64,000 bases of DNA from Eledone cirrhosa (taxonomy: Eukaryota), in the NCBI GenBank assembly GCA_964016885.1, contig OZ024742.1, forward strand, positions 69,564,001 through 69,628,000. Direction: 5' to 3'. The notes under the pieces are model-generated. The model made no database searches. It had not been told where the DNA came from and saw only the letters and a program-made list of their open reading frames with translations. Numbering within the stretch: the first letter of the stretch is position 1; every line of letters begins with the position of its first letter. The translations under genes and the position numbers were made by a program. This document shows positions 26,890-40,619 of the stretch, in pieces.

Positions 26890-27079
26890 TGTACATGTAC
26901 TTAAGTTTCGTTTATTTGGGTTATTCACCCCAACTCATTCAACCTGATATATAAAGATGACTTCCCCAATGGAGGTATTAGAAAGTATAGGAGAGTTTTA
27001 AATGTAGGTCCCATGTTTTCAGTCTCTGTCAGAACGAAACTATAGAGATTCTTAATGGTTGACCGCAGTTAATTAATGG

Positions 27080-28130
27080 TTTCTTATATAGGCACAAGGC
27101 CAGCAATTTTGGGGGAGGGAAAAGTGGATTAAATCGACCGCAGTGAGTGACTGGTACTTTATTTTATCGACCCCATAAGGATGAAAGGCAAAGTTAATCT
27201 CGGTGGGATTTGAACTCAGACCGCAGTTAATTAATAGAAGGGCGGGTATCTTCGTTACCTGTCTCCAGCTAGCATCTGAAGCAATGAGTAGTTGAGAAAA
27301 AAATCCATCTGAAATGGTATAGAATAGGAATGTTAGTGTATATCTTACGATGTCAACGAAAGCCCAAGTACGCAGCACGCTGTGCCTAGCATTTTAAGTA
27401 CTCTACATCGTGTGCGGTGGATTGGCAGTATCGGTAGAGGGTCGGACGCCATGCTTTGACGCATAGAGTTACGGCCCTTACCATTCTGAGTTTAAATCCC
27501 GCCGAGGTTTACTTTGTCTTTCATCCTTACGGGGTCGATAAAATAAAGTACCAGTAATGCACTGGGTAATTGATGGCCTTGTGCCAAAAGTAGAAACAAT
27601 TATAATTACTCTACACACCTAGATCACATAGATACAAATAAACGTGTACTATCTAAACTATAATAAAGGAAGGTCTGCGGGACTGCGTACGGTTTATTTT
27701 TTTAATCCCGTTTGTAAAATAAGTTGGATTACTTTGAAAAACTAATTGTTTCTACTTTTGGCACGAGGCCAGAAATTATTCCAGTGTATTACTGGTACTT
27801 TATTTTATCGGTTCCGTAAGGATGAAAGGCAAAGTTAACCTCGGCAGGATTTGAACTCAGTCCGTAAAGGGACGTAACTGCTGCAAACAAGGCGTCCGAC
27901 CCTCTACCGATACTGCCAATCCACCGCGCTTTGAATAAATAATTGTTTCTACTTTTGAGACAAGGCCAGCATTTACACAGTGTATTACTGGTACTTTATT
28001 TTATCGACCCCATAAGGATGAAAGGCAAAGTTAAACTCTGCGGGATTTGAACTCAGAATGGCAAGGGCCGTAACTCTAAGCGTCAAAGCATGGCGTCCGA
28101 CTCTCTACGGATACTGCCAATCCATCGCCA
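27080..28130. mobile_element. Cluster of four SINE copies (27080-27220 -, 27413-27600 +, 27745-27928 -, 27940-28128 -)
   Basis: The SINE core is repeated in both orientations. Confidence 0.85.
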
Positions 28131-28464
28131 TTGAATAAATAATAAATTAATATTACATAATTTATCTATTCAGTTTCGTAAACATAAATAATTTCGTAAA
28201 AATAAATAATTTAAAATTGACTTCTTTTCAAAGTTGCACTTCCGGTATATCGTCGCCACCACCACCACTTCAACTAACATATATATAGAAAGTGAGAGTG
28301 TGTGATGAGAGCGATAGATAGATTATGACTTTCTACACGCCGACGTGTATGATTGTGCACATACATACATCTATATGTATGAGTATATAACTATTATGAG
28401 TATATAACTATAATCGCGCAAACACAAACTTATAAAATACCCTCTCACGGACATAATTCACACT

Positions 28465-30360
28465 AATACACATACTTTCACACAAATATACATACATTCC
28501 CACATAGTTTCACACAAACATACATACATTCACACATACTTTCACACAAATATACATACATTCCCACATACTTTCACACAAACATACATACATTCACACA
28601 TACTTTCACACAAATATACATACATTCCCACATACTTTCACACAAACATACATACATTCACACATACTTTCACACAAACATACATACATTCACACATACT
28701 TTCACACAAATATACATACATTCACACATACTTTCACACAAACATACATACATTCACACATACTTTCACACAAATATACATACATTCCCACATACTTTCA
28801 CACAAACATACATACATTCACACATACTTTCACACAAATATACATACATTCCCACATACTTTCCCACAAACATACATACATTCACACATACTTTCACACA
28901 AATATACATACATTCCCACATACTTTCACACAAACATACATACATTCACACATACTTTCACACAAACATACATACATTCACACATACTTTCACACAAATA
29001 TACATACATTCCCACATACTTTCACACAAACATACATACATTCACACATACTTTCACACAAATATACATACATTCCCACATACTTTCACACAAACATACA
29101 TACATTCACACATACTTTCACACAAACATACATACATTCACACATACTTTCACACAAATATACATACATTCACACATACTTTCACACAAACATACATATA
29201 TTCACACATACTTTCACACAAATATACATACATTCCCACATACTTTCACACAAACATACATACATTCACACATACTTTCACACAAATATACATACATTCA
29301 CACATACTTTCACACAAACATACATATATTCACACATACTTTCACACAAATATACATACATTCCCACATAATTTCACACAAACATACATACATTCACACA
29401 TACTTTCACACAAACATACATACATTCACACATACTTTCACACAAATATACATACATTCCCACATACTTTCACACAAACATACATACATTCACACATACT
29501 TTCACACAAATATACATATATTCCCACATACTTTCACACAAACATACATACATTCACACATACTTTCACACAAATATACATACATTCCCACATACTTTCA
29601 CACAAACATACATACATTCACACATAATTTCACACAAACATACATACATTCACACATACTTTCCCACAAATATACATACATTCCCACATACTTTCACACA
29701 AACATACATACATTCACACATACTTTCACACAAATATACATACATTCCCACATACTTTCACACAAATATACATACATTCCCACATAGTTTCACACAAACA
29801 TACATACATTCACACATACTTTCACACAAATATACACACATTCACACATACTTTCACACAAATATACATACATTCACACATACTTTCACACAAATATACA
29901 TACATTCACACGTATACATTTACACAAACATACATACATTCACACATATACATTTACACAAACATACATACATTCACACATACTTTCACAGAAAGATACA
30001 TATATTCACACATACTTTCACACAAACATACATACATTCACACATACTTTCACACAAACATACATACATTCACACATACTTTCACACAAACATACATACA
30101 TTCACACATACTTTCACACAAACATACATACATTCACACATACTTTCACACAAACATACATACATTCACACATACTTTCACACAAACATACATACATTCA
30201 CACATACTTTCACACAAATATACATACATTCACACATACTTTCACACAAATATACATACATTCACACATATACATTTACACAAACATACATACATTCACA
30301 CATATACATTTACACAAACACACATACATTCACACATATACATTTACACAAACACACACA
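28465..30360. repeat. 32-bp minisatellite (about 59 units)
   Basis: Unit CACACATACTTTCACACAAA(C/T)ATACATACATT, without unique spacers. Confidence 0.95.
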
Positions 30361-31299
30361 TACAGTCATGATAGCGTTCGGTTTAATTGGAGATGGGAGG
30401 GTAAAACAAGTATAACGTTTTATTTATTTATTAACTCTTTTTTTAAAACTCATTTAATATAATGGATACAGAACGAAAACACTAACAAATATAATATATA
30501 CAAAGGAAAAGGAAAGGAAAAAAGAAAGAGAAAAATACACAGCCACGTAATACACACGTCTTAGACTCCATAGAACAAAATGCAGACGAAAGAATGGAAA
30601 AACGAGCCGCTACCAGATCAAAAGATAGCAATATAGCGAAGAGGACTGGGAATCCTCTCTAATAAATTTTGAGGCAGGCCAACACGCTCGCAGCGTTACC
30701 TGGGATGCTGGCGAGGCTGAGGTGCTGGAACTACCAAGTGCCCTCACGAGGATCACCAGTTATCTCTGTTTGGATAGCCGCCAGTGAAGATAATAACCTC
30801 GCTGTCAGTAGCCCGACTCCCCCAAACGTCTCGAACGCCACAGGCTGGATAATGTAGTTAGCTGACAGAAGAGGGTATTTTAGGATTTTGTTCTGTTCAG
30901 CTGCGGATGCTGTAGCTCTCGCCCTTACCGCTGCATCCAGAATGTGAGAAGAAGCAAAAGAGTCACTAACTGTGACGTCCTAGGTAAGGCACCTGCCTTT
31001 TGGCCAGGAGCACAGAGTAAGATCGTCAAGTTTCTCATTAATTCAGGACAACCCAGGCGGTTCCAAAATTTAGGGGATATTTTCCCGGGCCAAAGCTCTT
31101 CAGTGGTAATAGGAAAGTGTGTGTATGTGCGTGTGCGTGTGTTTGTGGGCGTTCTTAAATGAGAGACACGTGTTTGTGTGTCACTGTTTTTAAGTTAGAC
31201 ACATATATGTATGTATCCCTTTCCTTCCTTTTACACACACATATATTCACACAAACGCACATACACATTGCGTGATGGACGGGTGGACAGAAGTCCCTC

Positions 31300-31945
31300 A
31301 AATTTATATACATGTAAATGGAGTTCTACTGAAGCAGCTAGAGAAGTTCAAGTATCACTCAACATGAGTGATGGAATGTAGGAGATTGAATTAAGTGCAA
31401 GAATTGCAAAAGCTGATGCCGTAAAGCGCCAGCCTCAGCAATCAAATGAAGGGGGTAGGTGTAAAAGTCAAACTCGCTGTCTTCCTGGTATTCCTGCCAG
31501 CTCTTACCAAGGATCATGAATCTTGAGTAATGACCAAAAGAATACAATTGCAAACAAAAGTGGCAGAAATGGGATTCCTCGGAAGGGTCTTTGGAGTAAC
31601 GTTACTCGATAAAGTGCATAACTCAGAGACGAGAGAGTCACTCCTGGTAGAGCCGCTACTTCTCCGAACTGAGAGATCACAACTCCGATATTATGAGCAT
31701 GTGGTTAGAATGTCTCAGTAAAGAATCGCTGGACACATTTTACGGGCAAAACCAGCCGACAGAAGACCCAGAGGTAGACCCTGAGCAAGATAGTTGGATG
31801 ACATCCAGGAGCTTGGCTGGTCACGCTTTGAGATCCAGCTGGATTAGTTTGAGATGTTTGCTACTGACGGACTCGCTGGAAGGAGTGTTTGAGAAGGACT
31901 CAGCCCCTACGACACACTCAGAAATAAGTGGGTGAAGAAGAAGAT
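31300..31945 (+). mobile_element. RTE-clade LINE 3' fragment
   Basis: AEMGFLGRVFGVTLLDKVHNS..RSQLRYYEHVVRM..RPRGRP; degraded. Confidence 0.75.
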
Positions 31946-32459
31946 ATTGTCAATTTACTTTTTAATTTACATATATCTATACGCATATATATTGGCGTAT
32001 AATACCAATATGCACACTATATATGCTAGCAGAAAACCGCATGAAGGGCGGTTTTTCTGCTAGTATCCTTAAATACTGAATCATACTAGAACTAAAACTA
32101 AAGTAGCGATGATATAACACATTCTTACACTGAACCTAGCGCTAATAATTACGATACACATCTAGACCTCATAGATACAAGTAACCGTGCAACATGCCAT
32201 TAAACTTAGAATCATACCGGACTTAACACTTCAACATTCGAAATTAATATTGACATTTACTCGCGATACTATATCACACATTCCTCTTTTGTTTTCTCAC
32301 ACTCCTTAACTTAAATTCCTACTTGCATACATTCATAATTTTATTTTTTAATCTAATCTATTTTTATGTCTTTTTTCCTTATTCAGTCTTATATGTACTT
32401 AATTCAGCCTCTTGCTGAATTAAGTACATATAAGATCTGAAGTCGGATTCCTGTCTTTG

Positions 32460-33165
32460 CTGCGACATTTCGCGTCTGCTTGTACCGCAAGTGCAAGAAG
32501 GAGGGCTTAGATATAAGCCCTCCTTCTTGAGGCCTCAAAGATTTGTAGGCCTCATTTTTGGTTGGGTGGTATCTTTGATCTCATGATTGAATCAAGAGGT
32601 CTTCATGCCTCTCGGCGCCACATTAAGCCGCTTTTGCCCGCAGTATTTAACATCTAAAGTAGAAACTGCCGAGATGAATAGTCTGCACTGTTTCAACATC
32701 CTCAAATTTCTCGGGTAGTTTTCTGAATTTCGATGAAATAGTATCTACATATCTGGTCCTAATTTCCTTATCCACCAACGCTTCCTACTTTATCTTGAAG
32801 GTCAACCTGGATCTGCCAGTTTTGTAGGCTTCTTTTGTTTTAGGTAGTTTTAAGTTGCAGATAACTAGATGGTGATCAGTTGACATCTCAGCCCCTCTCT
32901 TAACACGAACATCCAGCACAGAATCGAAGAGATCGGAGACAATAACAAAATCAATTATTGATGTCTGTCCTTGATTCTCCTTATACCATGTATATTTATG
33001 GATGTCTCTGTGTCGGAAAATGGTGTTCATAATAGAGAATCCCTTGCTAGAACATAAGGCATCTCTATTCGTATTTAGATCAGGATCACCGTTTCTTCCA
33101 ATTACTCTTTTCCATGTTAGATGGTCAGTGCCGTCATGCTCATTGAAGTCTTCCAGTAGGACATT
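32460..33165 (-). mobile_element. RTE-clade LINE apurinic endonuclease fragment
   Basis: MNTIFRHRDIHKYTW..SIIDFVIVS..DVRVKRGAEMSTDHHLV. Confidence 0.8.
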
Positions 33166-33314
33166 TGACTCAGTCTTAATTACATCTAATCACTGCAGTG
33201 ACCTCATCAAGGAAGGATCTGTATTCAGACTCCTTGTTTGGTGCATAAACTTGTCTGTGTAGTCATTTCTGGTGTTACACCTTGACAGTGGAGTTTCTTA
33301 TCTCCAGCCAAACT

Positions 33315-34012
33315 ACAGTATCAGGAGAGAAAGTCGAGGAAATCGAGGGAAGCGATAAAGGAGGGGGAAGAAGAGGAAAAAGGAAAATGGGAAGAAGGGG
33401 AAGAAGGCGTAATATAGGGAAAGAAAAGGAAGAGGGAGACAGAGGGGAGGGACGGAGAAAGACGAGGAAAGGAGGAACAAGTAGAGGAAAACCATTAAGG
33501 GATGAAATGGGAGGGCGAAGGGGAAGGGGAGGGCGTGGTGGAAGGATTGAAAGAGGAGGCAGGAGAAAGGAGAAAAGGAGAAGGAAGGGCAGGTACAAAG
33601 ACAGGTGAGGAAGGGAGAATGGGGTAGAGAGGGAGAGGAATGAATAGAGAGTGGGATGGGGGGGGGGGTACAGACGAGGAAGAGCAATGCAAGGAGGACA
33701 AATAGGGCAAAGAGATGAAGGAATGAAGGAGAAAGCTGTATAAGAGTGTAAAAGATGAAACACAGGAGAGATGGGGAAAGAGATGGAAAGAGGGGAAAGT
33801 GCAAGAATAGGTGGAAGGAAGGGGAGGAGGGGAGGATGTGGTAAGAGGAGAAAGGGGGAAAAGGAAAAGAGAAGGACAGGAGGGTGGGGGAAAGAGGGAA
33901 AAGAGGGAGGCAGATGAAGAAAGAGGGGGACAGTAGAGGACAAAGAGAGATTGAGGGCGAAAGATGGGGAAGTGGGGGAAGGGGGTAAAAGAGAGAGAAA
34001 GAGAGTAAGAGC
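33315..34012 (+). repeat. Purine-rich low-complexity tract
   Basis: About 700 bp almost entirely G/A on the + strand. Confidence 0.85.
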
Positions 34013-34029
34013 TCTGGCTAGATACCATT

Positions 34030-35365
34030 AACAACCAAAAACAAGTCCTCCATTCCCATTATGCCAAACCCATGACTTCCAAACATCTGATCCACCGAAA
34101 CTCGGCCATTTCGGCCATACCAAAATCAACATACTGATTGCGGATTTGGTACGGGTGATGAAAAATGTGTCCCGCATGTGCAACCCCGAAGAACTAGAGA
34201 GACACATACAACACTTCATCCACCGTATGCAGTTCTCTGGCTACAATCAGAGAGATAGAATCAGAGTGTATAGAGGAGCCAGAACCAAATGGGAAAAAAT
34301 GGTAAATAATGACATAAATGGGACCTGCCCCTTGTATAGGAGCAAATTTTGGAATAGAATAGAAAGAACTAGGAACAAGGCCAATAGAATAAACTCATGG
34401 TATGATAGCAATAAATACCAGAGTGTAATGTTCATCAATACAACCCCTAGAGGCGAACTAGCCTACAAATTTAGAAGGGCCCTAAATAAACATAAACTCA
34501 ATATTAAGATAGTAGAAAGACCAGGTACCTCCGTAAAAACACTTATTAGCAAGACATACCCGTTCCAAAGACCCTCATGTATAACCTGTAAAATAAGCCC
34601 CCATATTAACTGTAAAACTAGAAATGTAGTGTATAGCATAAGATGTACTGAAGGACAATGTAGAAACAAAAATATAGTGTACATAGGTGAGACAGCTCGT
34701 AGTATAGGGGAACGAATAAATGAACACTGGCGAGACCTTCAAGATAATAAAGAATCATCTGTGCTCTACCAACATGCTAAGATAGAACACAAGGGTAAAT
34801 TAGAGAACATAGAAATAAAAATAGAATCCACACACAGAAAAGATGCAATGTTTAGGCAAATTACAGAGGCAGTAAGCATAAAAGAATTACAACCAAAATT
34901 AAATAGAATATATGAGTGGAACAGCAACATCACAACTTACAATTAAGGACAAAATGAAAACACACACACACATAGAACAAACAACCAACCAACAAGATGT
35001 AAATAAATAAATAAATAAACAAATAGATAAATGAACACAAACACACACAGACACCCGGATGTGGCGCATGCGCAAACTGAGCACACAACACACACACAGA
35101 AACAAAATGGCGTAGGACAGAAGAAAGGAAAGGCAGGTAAACAAAGAAAGGAATCCCCAGTCACTGAAGAGGTCACAGAGTGTGTGACGAAAGGACTATG
35201 ACTATATATAAATAACTATCTGGTTGTGGAACCAACTAACCAACCAGAAATTTATAAGTTTGTAGATTTGTAAATTTATAAATTTATAAATATATAATAA
35301 ATTGAAGTAAAAGCAACTGGTGCGTGTGTTTCTTATTGGAAAACATGACCCTCCCAAAGTATAAC
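34030..35365 (+). mobile_element. 5'-truncated non-Naiad PLE (related to 25330-26640)
   Basis: ORF 34146-34946: CITC..CKTRNVVYSIRC..YIGETARSIGERINEH..EAVSI..PKLN; HHR at 35159; the pLTR end TGACCCTCCCAA is shared with about 25350. Confidence 0.87.
35159..35203 (+). ncRNA. minimal type I hammerhead ribozyme
   Basis: AGTCA-CTGAAGA-GGTCACA(GAGTG)TGTGAC-GAAA-GGAC-TA-TGACT. Confidence 0.82.
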
Positions 35366-35508
35366 AATATCGGTTTCAACACACGATTTCAGATAGAGAA
35401 TCTTGCTAAACAAATTCAGAAACGAAATATATATATATATATATATATATATATGCTTCTTATCCGATATCTGCATTGCTTTATTGTACTACAATAAAAC
35501 TCACCTCC

Positions 35509-35592
<84 letters not shown>

Positions 35593-36787
35593 GTGTGTAT
35601 ATTGAACCCAGGGTAAACATATATATATATTGAACCTGGACATTATTTTGAAGAGTTCTATTTCATTTTCCCGTCTTTGTTGTTGGGGAGTGTAGTTTTT
35701 TTGTTTTTGTTTGCATGTAAGGAGTATCGTCACATATCCTATAATTTTCCGTACGCCAGCAATCTTCTTTTCTATTTCAGTAAATATATGATGGTGTTTT
35801 GTTCTTGTTAATATCTCTGTTATCACCAAGGTAATGCTTCACTCTCGTTGCCAGGATATATAAACAGATGTTGAGTTGCCAAATATGAAGGTTTTAATTC
35901 GTCGTATATATTCACACCTAATTTCATCAATAGCACGCAGGATTTGATTATTTGGTTTCATTTTGTTTAGTACTGTCGTTTTATTACGTTCCGCGAGAGA
36001 AATATTTATATATGAATGAATTTCTCTCCAGAAGATTTCGTTGAAAGTAAATTTCAATTGTTTACACTCTTGATCTTTCAAGATAACGCAGACATATTAT
36101 TATTGACAGCGTTTTGATATTGATTAAAGTGGCTATGAGATCCCATAATAGTCGAGGTAAAATCAGTTGATACACGTGGTGTCATATTTCTTACCGCTTT
36201 CGTTGTTTCACGGGACTGTTCATGTATTGCTGTTGTGTTTTGATTGTCAGCCTGGTTGCTAGAACATCTAGTATCATAGTTGCCTGTAGCACGTGTTGTT
36301 GATGTTGATGTTGAATTCAATCATGCTGTTTGTGGCAAATCCTTGTAAAACGAACTTAATATTTAGTCGGATGTGTATGTATGTATGTATGTATGTATGT
36401 ATGTATGTATGTATGTATGTATGTATGTATTGTCAGGTCACCAGTTGGTGCTACTGGTAACATGTATCCCAGTACAACCTGTCCCATGGTCGGGTCGTTG
36501 GCGACTAAACTGGCAACCCCACCAAGGTTTCTTGGTGAGGAGGGTGACTTTGGACATCCTGCAGGACTAAAAACAAAACCTGTCAAAGGGCAAAAGAGCT
36601 CTTAAGAGTCAATGGCCATCCAAAATCACCGGGAGAGATGACCCCTTAGCCGTTGTCAAGGCAGAATTCTAGGAGAAGGAAAACTCTGATATAACACCTG
36701 CAACCCTGATGGTATCCAATGATGTTGACTTGTTCTTCTTTTTGGTAAATATCATCTTGGTTAAGAGAGTGGGACTGGCTTTGTGCA

Positions 36788-37340
36788 GTGCCTTTGCTCA
36801 CTATAAAAGCTCCACGGCACAGGCATTGTTTTATATCTGGAGATCTCTCTGCACTTGTCATCACATGTTACCATGGGCCCAGCACTATGTGTCAATAATT
36901 GTCACAAGTGTAGTGTTTGTACTAGAGTTTTCAAGTCGCTGGCTGGACTAAAAGTCACACTTGTTCAGCGCATCGGTAGGGGTTCTCCTACATGGATATA
37001 AAGTAGTGGCCGTACTCGAAAACGAGTTGGCAGCCACCATATGTATATATATATATTTGTATGTATGTATGTATGTATATATATATGGTGCCTTTGCTCA
37101 CTATAAATCTTCACGTCACAGGCATTGCTTTATATCTGGAGATCTCTCTACACTTGTCGTCACATGGTACCATGGGCCCAGCACTATGTGTCAATAATTT
37201 TCACAAGTGTAGTGTTTGTACCAGAATTTTCAAGTCGCTGGCTGGACTAAAAGTCACACTCGTTCAGCGCATCGGTAGGGTTTCTCCTACATGGATATAA
37301 AGTAGTGGCCGTACTCGAAAACGAGTTGGCAGCCACCATG
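36788..37340. repeat. Tandem duplication of a unit of about 250 bp
   Basis: GTGCCTTTGCTCACTATAAA...GGCAGCCACCAT at 36788-37040 and 37088-37339, each followed by (TATG)n. Confidence 0.85.
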
Positions 37341-39695
37341 TATGTATGTATGTATGTATGTCAGCTCGCTCTCGAGTGTTCCTGGTAACATGTAACCCAG
37401 TATAATCTTTGTCGTGGTCGGGTCGTCGGTGATTAAACCGGCACCTCACCAAGCTAGCTTGTTGAGGAGGGTGATATTTGGAACCCTGCTAAAAGAAATA
37501 CAAGACTCGGCAAATGGCGGAGGAACTCAGCAGAGTCGACGGCCATCCAAATAGTATTTTTTTTCCACTTGGGTGTGAAAGACCCTCAGTTGTTGTCACA
37601 ACACATTTCCAGGAAAGGAAAACTCTTGAAAAAAACCTGTGGATTCGGAAGCATGCGATAATGTTGACTAGCTCTCCTTTTCGGGTAGTGTTTTCGATGC
37701 TTAGAGAGTTTGATTAATCGAGTGCAAGGCCTTTCACTACTTAAAAAACCTTCAAAGACAAGCATTGGTTGTTCAGAATGTGTTACAGGTTCGTGTGGCT
37801 GGCCGTTGCCTAAAAGTGCACCGAACTCTATAATCTGACAAGCGATTACAATACTCTTAGCAGAGTTTGCAGCCATTGTGTATGTATGTAATACCTTGGT
37901 GCATCAGAATCTTTATACAGCCAGTATCTTATCTCTTCATCAAGGGTACTCTTGCTGGAGAGAATACTACCCAGTAAGACAAACTGATCCAAAACTTTCA
38001 ATATTTCTCCTTTGAAAGATATAAATGGTGGAATATATGACATTCGGTGTGCACGCTGTTACATCGCCATTGTCTTTTTCTGACTGGTTGTCAGGCCAAA
38101 TTCATCACATCCTGCCGAGAAGCAATCCAACAGGAGTTAGAACTCTTACTTGAAATGCGGATGTATATGTACGTCAAAGGCCGGGCTAATAAGCCGTCTG
38201 CACCCCTAGGCATGCCGTACAACATAAACTTCACTTACCTCTCCATCGCATAAATTCTCATAGTCTCCCTTGTTTTTACTTCAATCGTTCAGATTTTTCT
38301 TTCTCGTAACTTTATTCTTTCCTGATGAACGACTAACTTCTAAAACGATGAGATATTCTTTTCTTTCCCAACACCTAATACTGACACGATTTTGCATAAA
38401 TGTTTGTTTGTCTTTGTTAGTCTTGATAATAAAAGTTACAGGTGATAATATCTTGGCTTTATTATATAGAAATTACCTAATATGCCAGCTTGAGCTTGAT
38501 AAAATGTCTTCCACATTTGGTGGCTGTTACGATGCGGTAATAAAAGCTGAGTTTTGGTGTACGCGTTTGATGTCGTAAGAGTCATGAGTACTAGGTTAAC
38601 GTTCGGTTTAGGGTGTTTGCTGAGGAGTTGTGTATTGATTGCTGCAATGACTTTCTAACTTACGAAAAACAAAATATATAAATAATTCCCAGACAATAAA
38701 TCATAACGTTTTTATTCTACTTCAGTTTTGTGAAACAATACCAAGAGATTTACCCTATCAATTACCTCAATAATAATATAGACTCTATTTTATATATTTC
38801 AAGGATTAATTAGATGTCTTAATTGTGATGTCCGTTTCTTAATCACCATCATCTACGATAGATCAATATAATTGATGGTATAATTATCTGAAATAATTTA
38901 TATTCATAGCAGAGTCAGTGAATAAGGAATTATTGTTTAGGCAAAGGGAGGCATATGAACAGAATGAAGATAATAATATGAAACTTTCACGTCTATCGAC
39001 AGTTATCTGTGATGATTGAATCTAAATAGTATGTATTCCAAGATTTCAAGATTCAAAACACAATAAGCAAATCCTTTTCCACATTTGCACATCATCACCG
39101 CTACAGAAAAATATATTACTGTATGCTGTCCACCATTACAGACATCAGCTCTACTACAGTTAAGTCCATCACTGAAATCAATGTCCCCACAACAGTCACT
39201 AGCGACTATCTAGCCAAAATCACGAATGAAACCACTATATCCACAGACATCACAAACCTGGGAGCCAATACCACTACAGTTACTACAACCTCCACAGATA
39301 TCACCCTAATATCTGTCACCACTCCAGCAAAATATCCATAACAAACACAATTCATAACTGCATCATCACTTCTATATCTTTATAGACATTTGCACTTCCG
39401 CTATATCAACAGACATTATAACCACTCTAAGCAGAATTATCCTAACAACATTTAGACCTATTAACTTGATATCAGTCAAGAGAAAGAGGAAAGTAATCAA
39501 CAAAATTTCCAAAATATTAACCCAAGTGTAGCATTTTTGCTTGGCCCCGAATCAATGAATACTTATTCTCGAAGGCAAGATCTTACTTCCTCTCTACATC
39601 TTACTCCATCTCTATCGTTAACTTTGTTGAATTCAGTTTCTCCACTAACATTGTCCACTGGTGATCGACAAAAAAATTCAAATAAAAGAATTCTG

Positions 39696-40592
39696 ATGGA
39701 GACAATGAAACCTTTACTACATCTCATGGCACTCAGCGGTCATGAGATATATCCATCAGGATATCTCACCAGACGTCAAGAGAATTTCTTTAAAATTTAC
39801 AGAGCTATTGTCTTACTGGTTTGGCTTATAAATCTAGTACGGCTATTTTATTTGATAGACATGCAATTAAGCACAGGGAAAGTTATTCTCCAGCTATCCT
39901 TCATGCTCTTGTATCTATTGTACACTGGTGAATGTGTTATACAACACATCAACACTATGTTTGCTGGAAAATTGATAGACAAGTACATCGCTTACGTTTT
40001 TCTGCTGGAGCAAGATTATTTCAGGAAATTAAAACGAGCCGTTAAAGGTGTAACTTTGTTTGCGTTTTTCATAAATATGTTGTTTCTAATTGGTGGCCCA
40101 GTGACTCTTAAAAGTGAACACCCCACAAGTTTGGCGAAGAAAATATTATTAAGAGTACCAATATGGATGAATGAAGCTATTGAAATCCTAAACTTTCTGT
40201 TATACACCTCCGTTGCTATGCTTAGAATATTCAGCGTCGAGATGTCACTTTATTTCTTCCTGAAAATAATATGTTCAGAGTTACATGTACTCACCCAACA
40301 ACTGAAGCTGCTAGATGTCAAACAACAAGCAACTAACTTTATCAGCAAACTGATTCATCTACAGAAGAAATACGAACAGATAATGGAGCTACTGGATCAA
40401 GTCAACAAACATTTCTCCAGTTTTGTAGTCATCACGTTGTTATGTACACTCAGCAGTACCTGTATACTGATCTACGTCATATTTCAGAAAGATGTGGACT
40501 TTTATGAAAAAAGTATTTTAGCGTCTTCAACAATAAGCACGCTGTTGTTAACAACCAACTTTTTCTACCATGGTATCAGTATACAATTTGCC
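39696..40592 (+). CDS. Gustatory-receptor-like (GRL/7TMIC) protein, long first coding exon
   Basis: 299 open codons with about 6 hydrophobic segments and the motif ELLDQVNKHFS before TM5; ends G.SIQFA at a phase-0 GTATGT donor conserved in 3 paralogs. The 3' exons were not found. Confidence 0.75.
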
Positions 40593-40619
40593 GTATGTTA
40601 CTCTATTTTACATTTATGC

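Noticed and set aside
26890-26950. GAAA-CTTAAG-TA half-hammerhead on the minus strand
   Set aside because: The core reads TTGAATGA and stem I is weak.
27413-27505. tRNA gene
   Set aside because: The A/B-box-like head belongs to the SINE; no complete cloverleaf.
28465-30360. CRISPR-like periodicity
   Set aside because: Contiguous 32-bp units with no unique spacers, no cas genes and a eukaryotic context.
33275-34034. Pro/Leu/Ser- and Gly/Arg-rich ORFs
   Set aside because: Artefacts of the polypurine tract.
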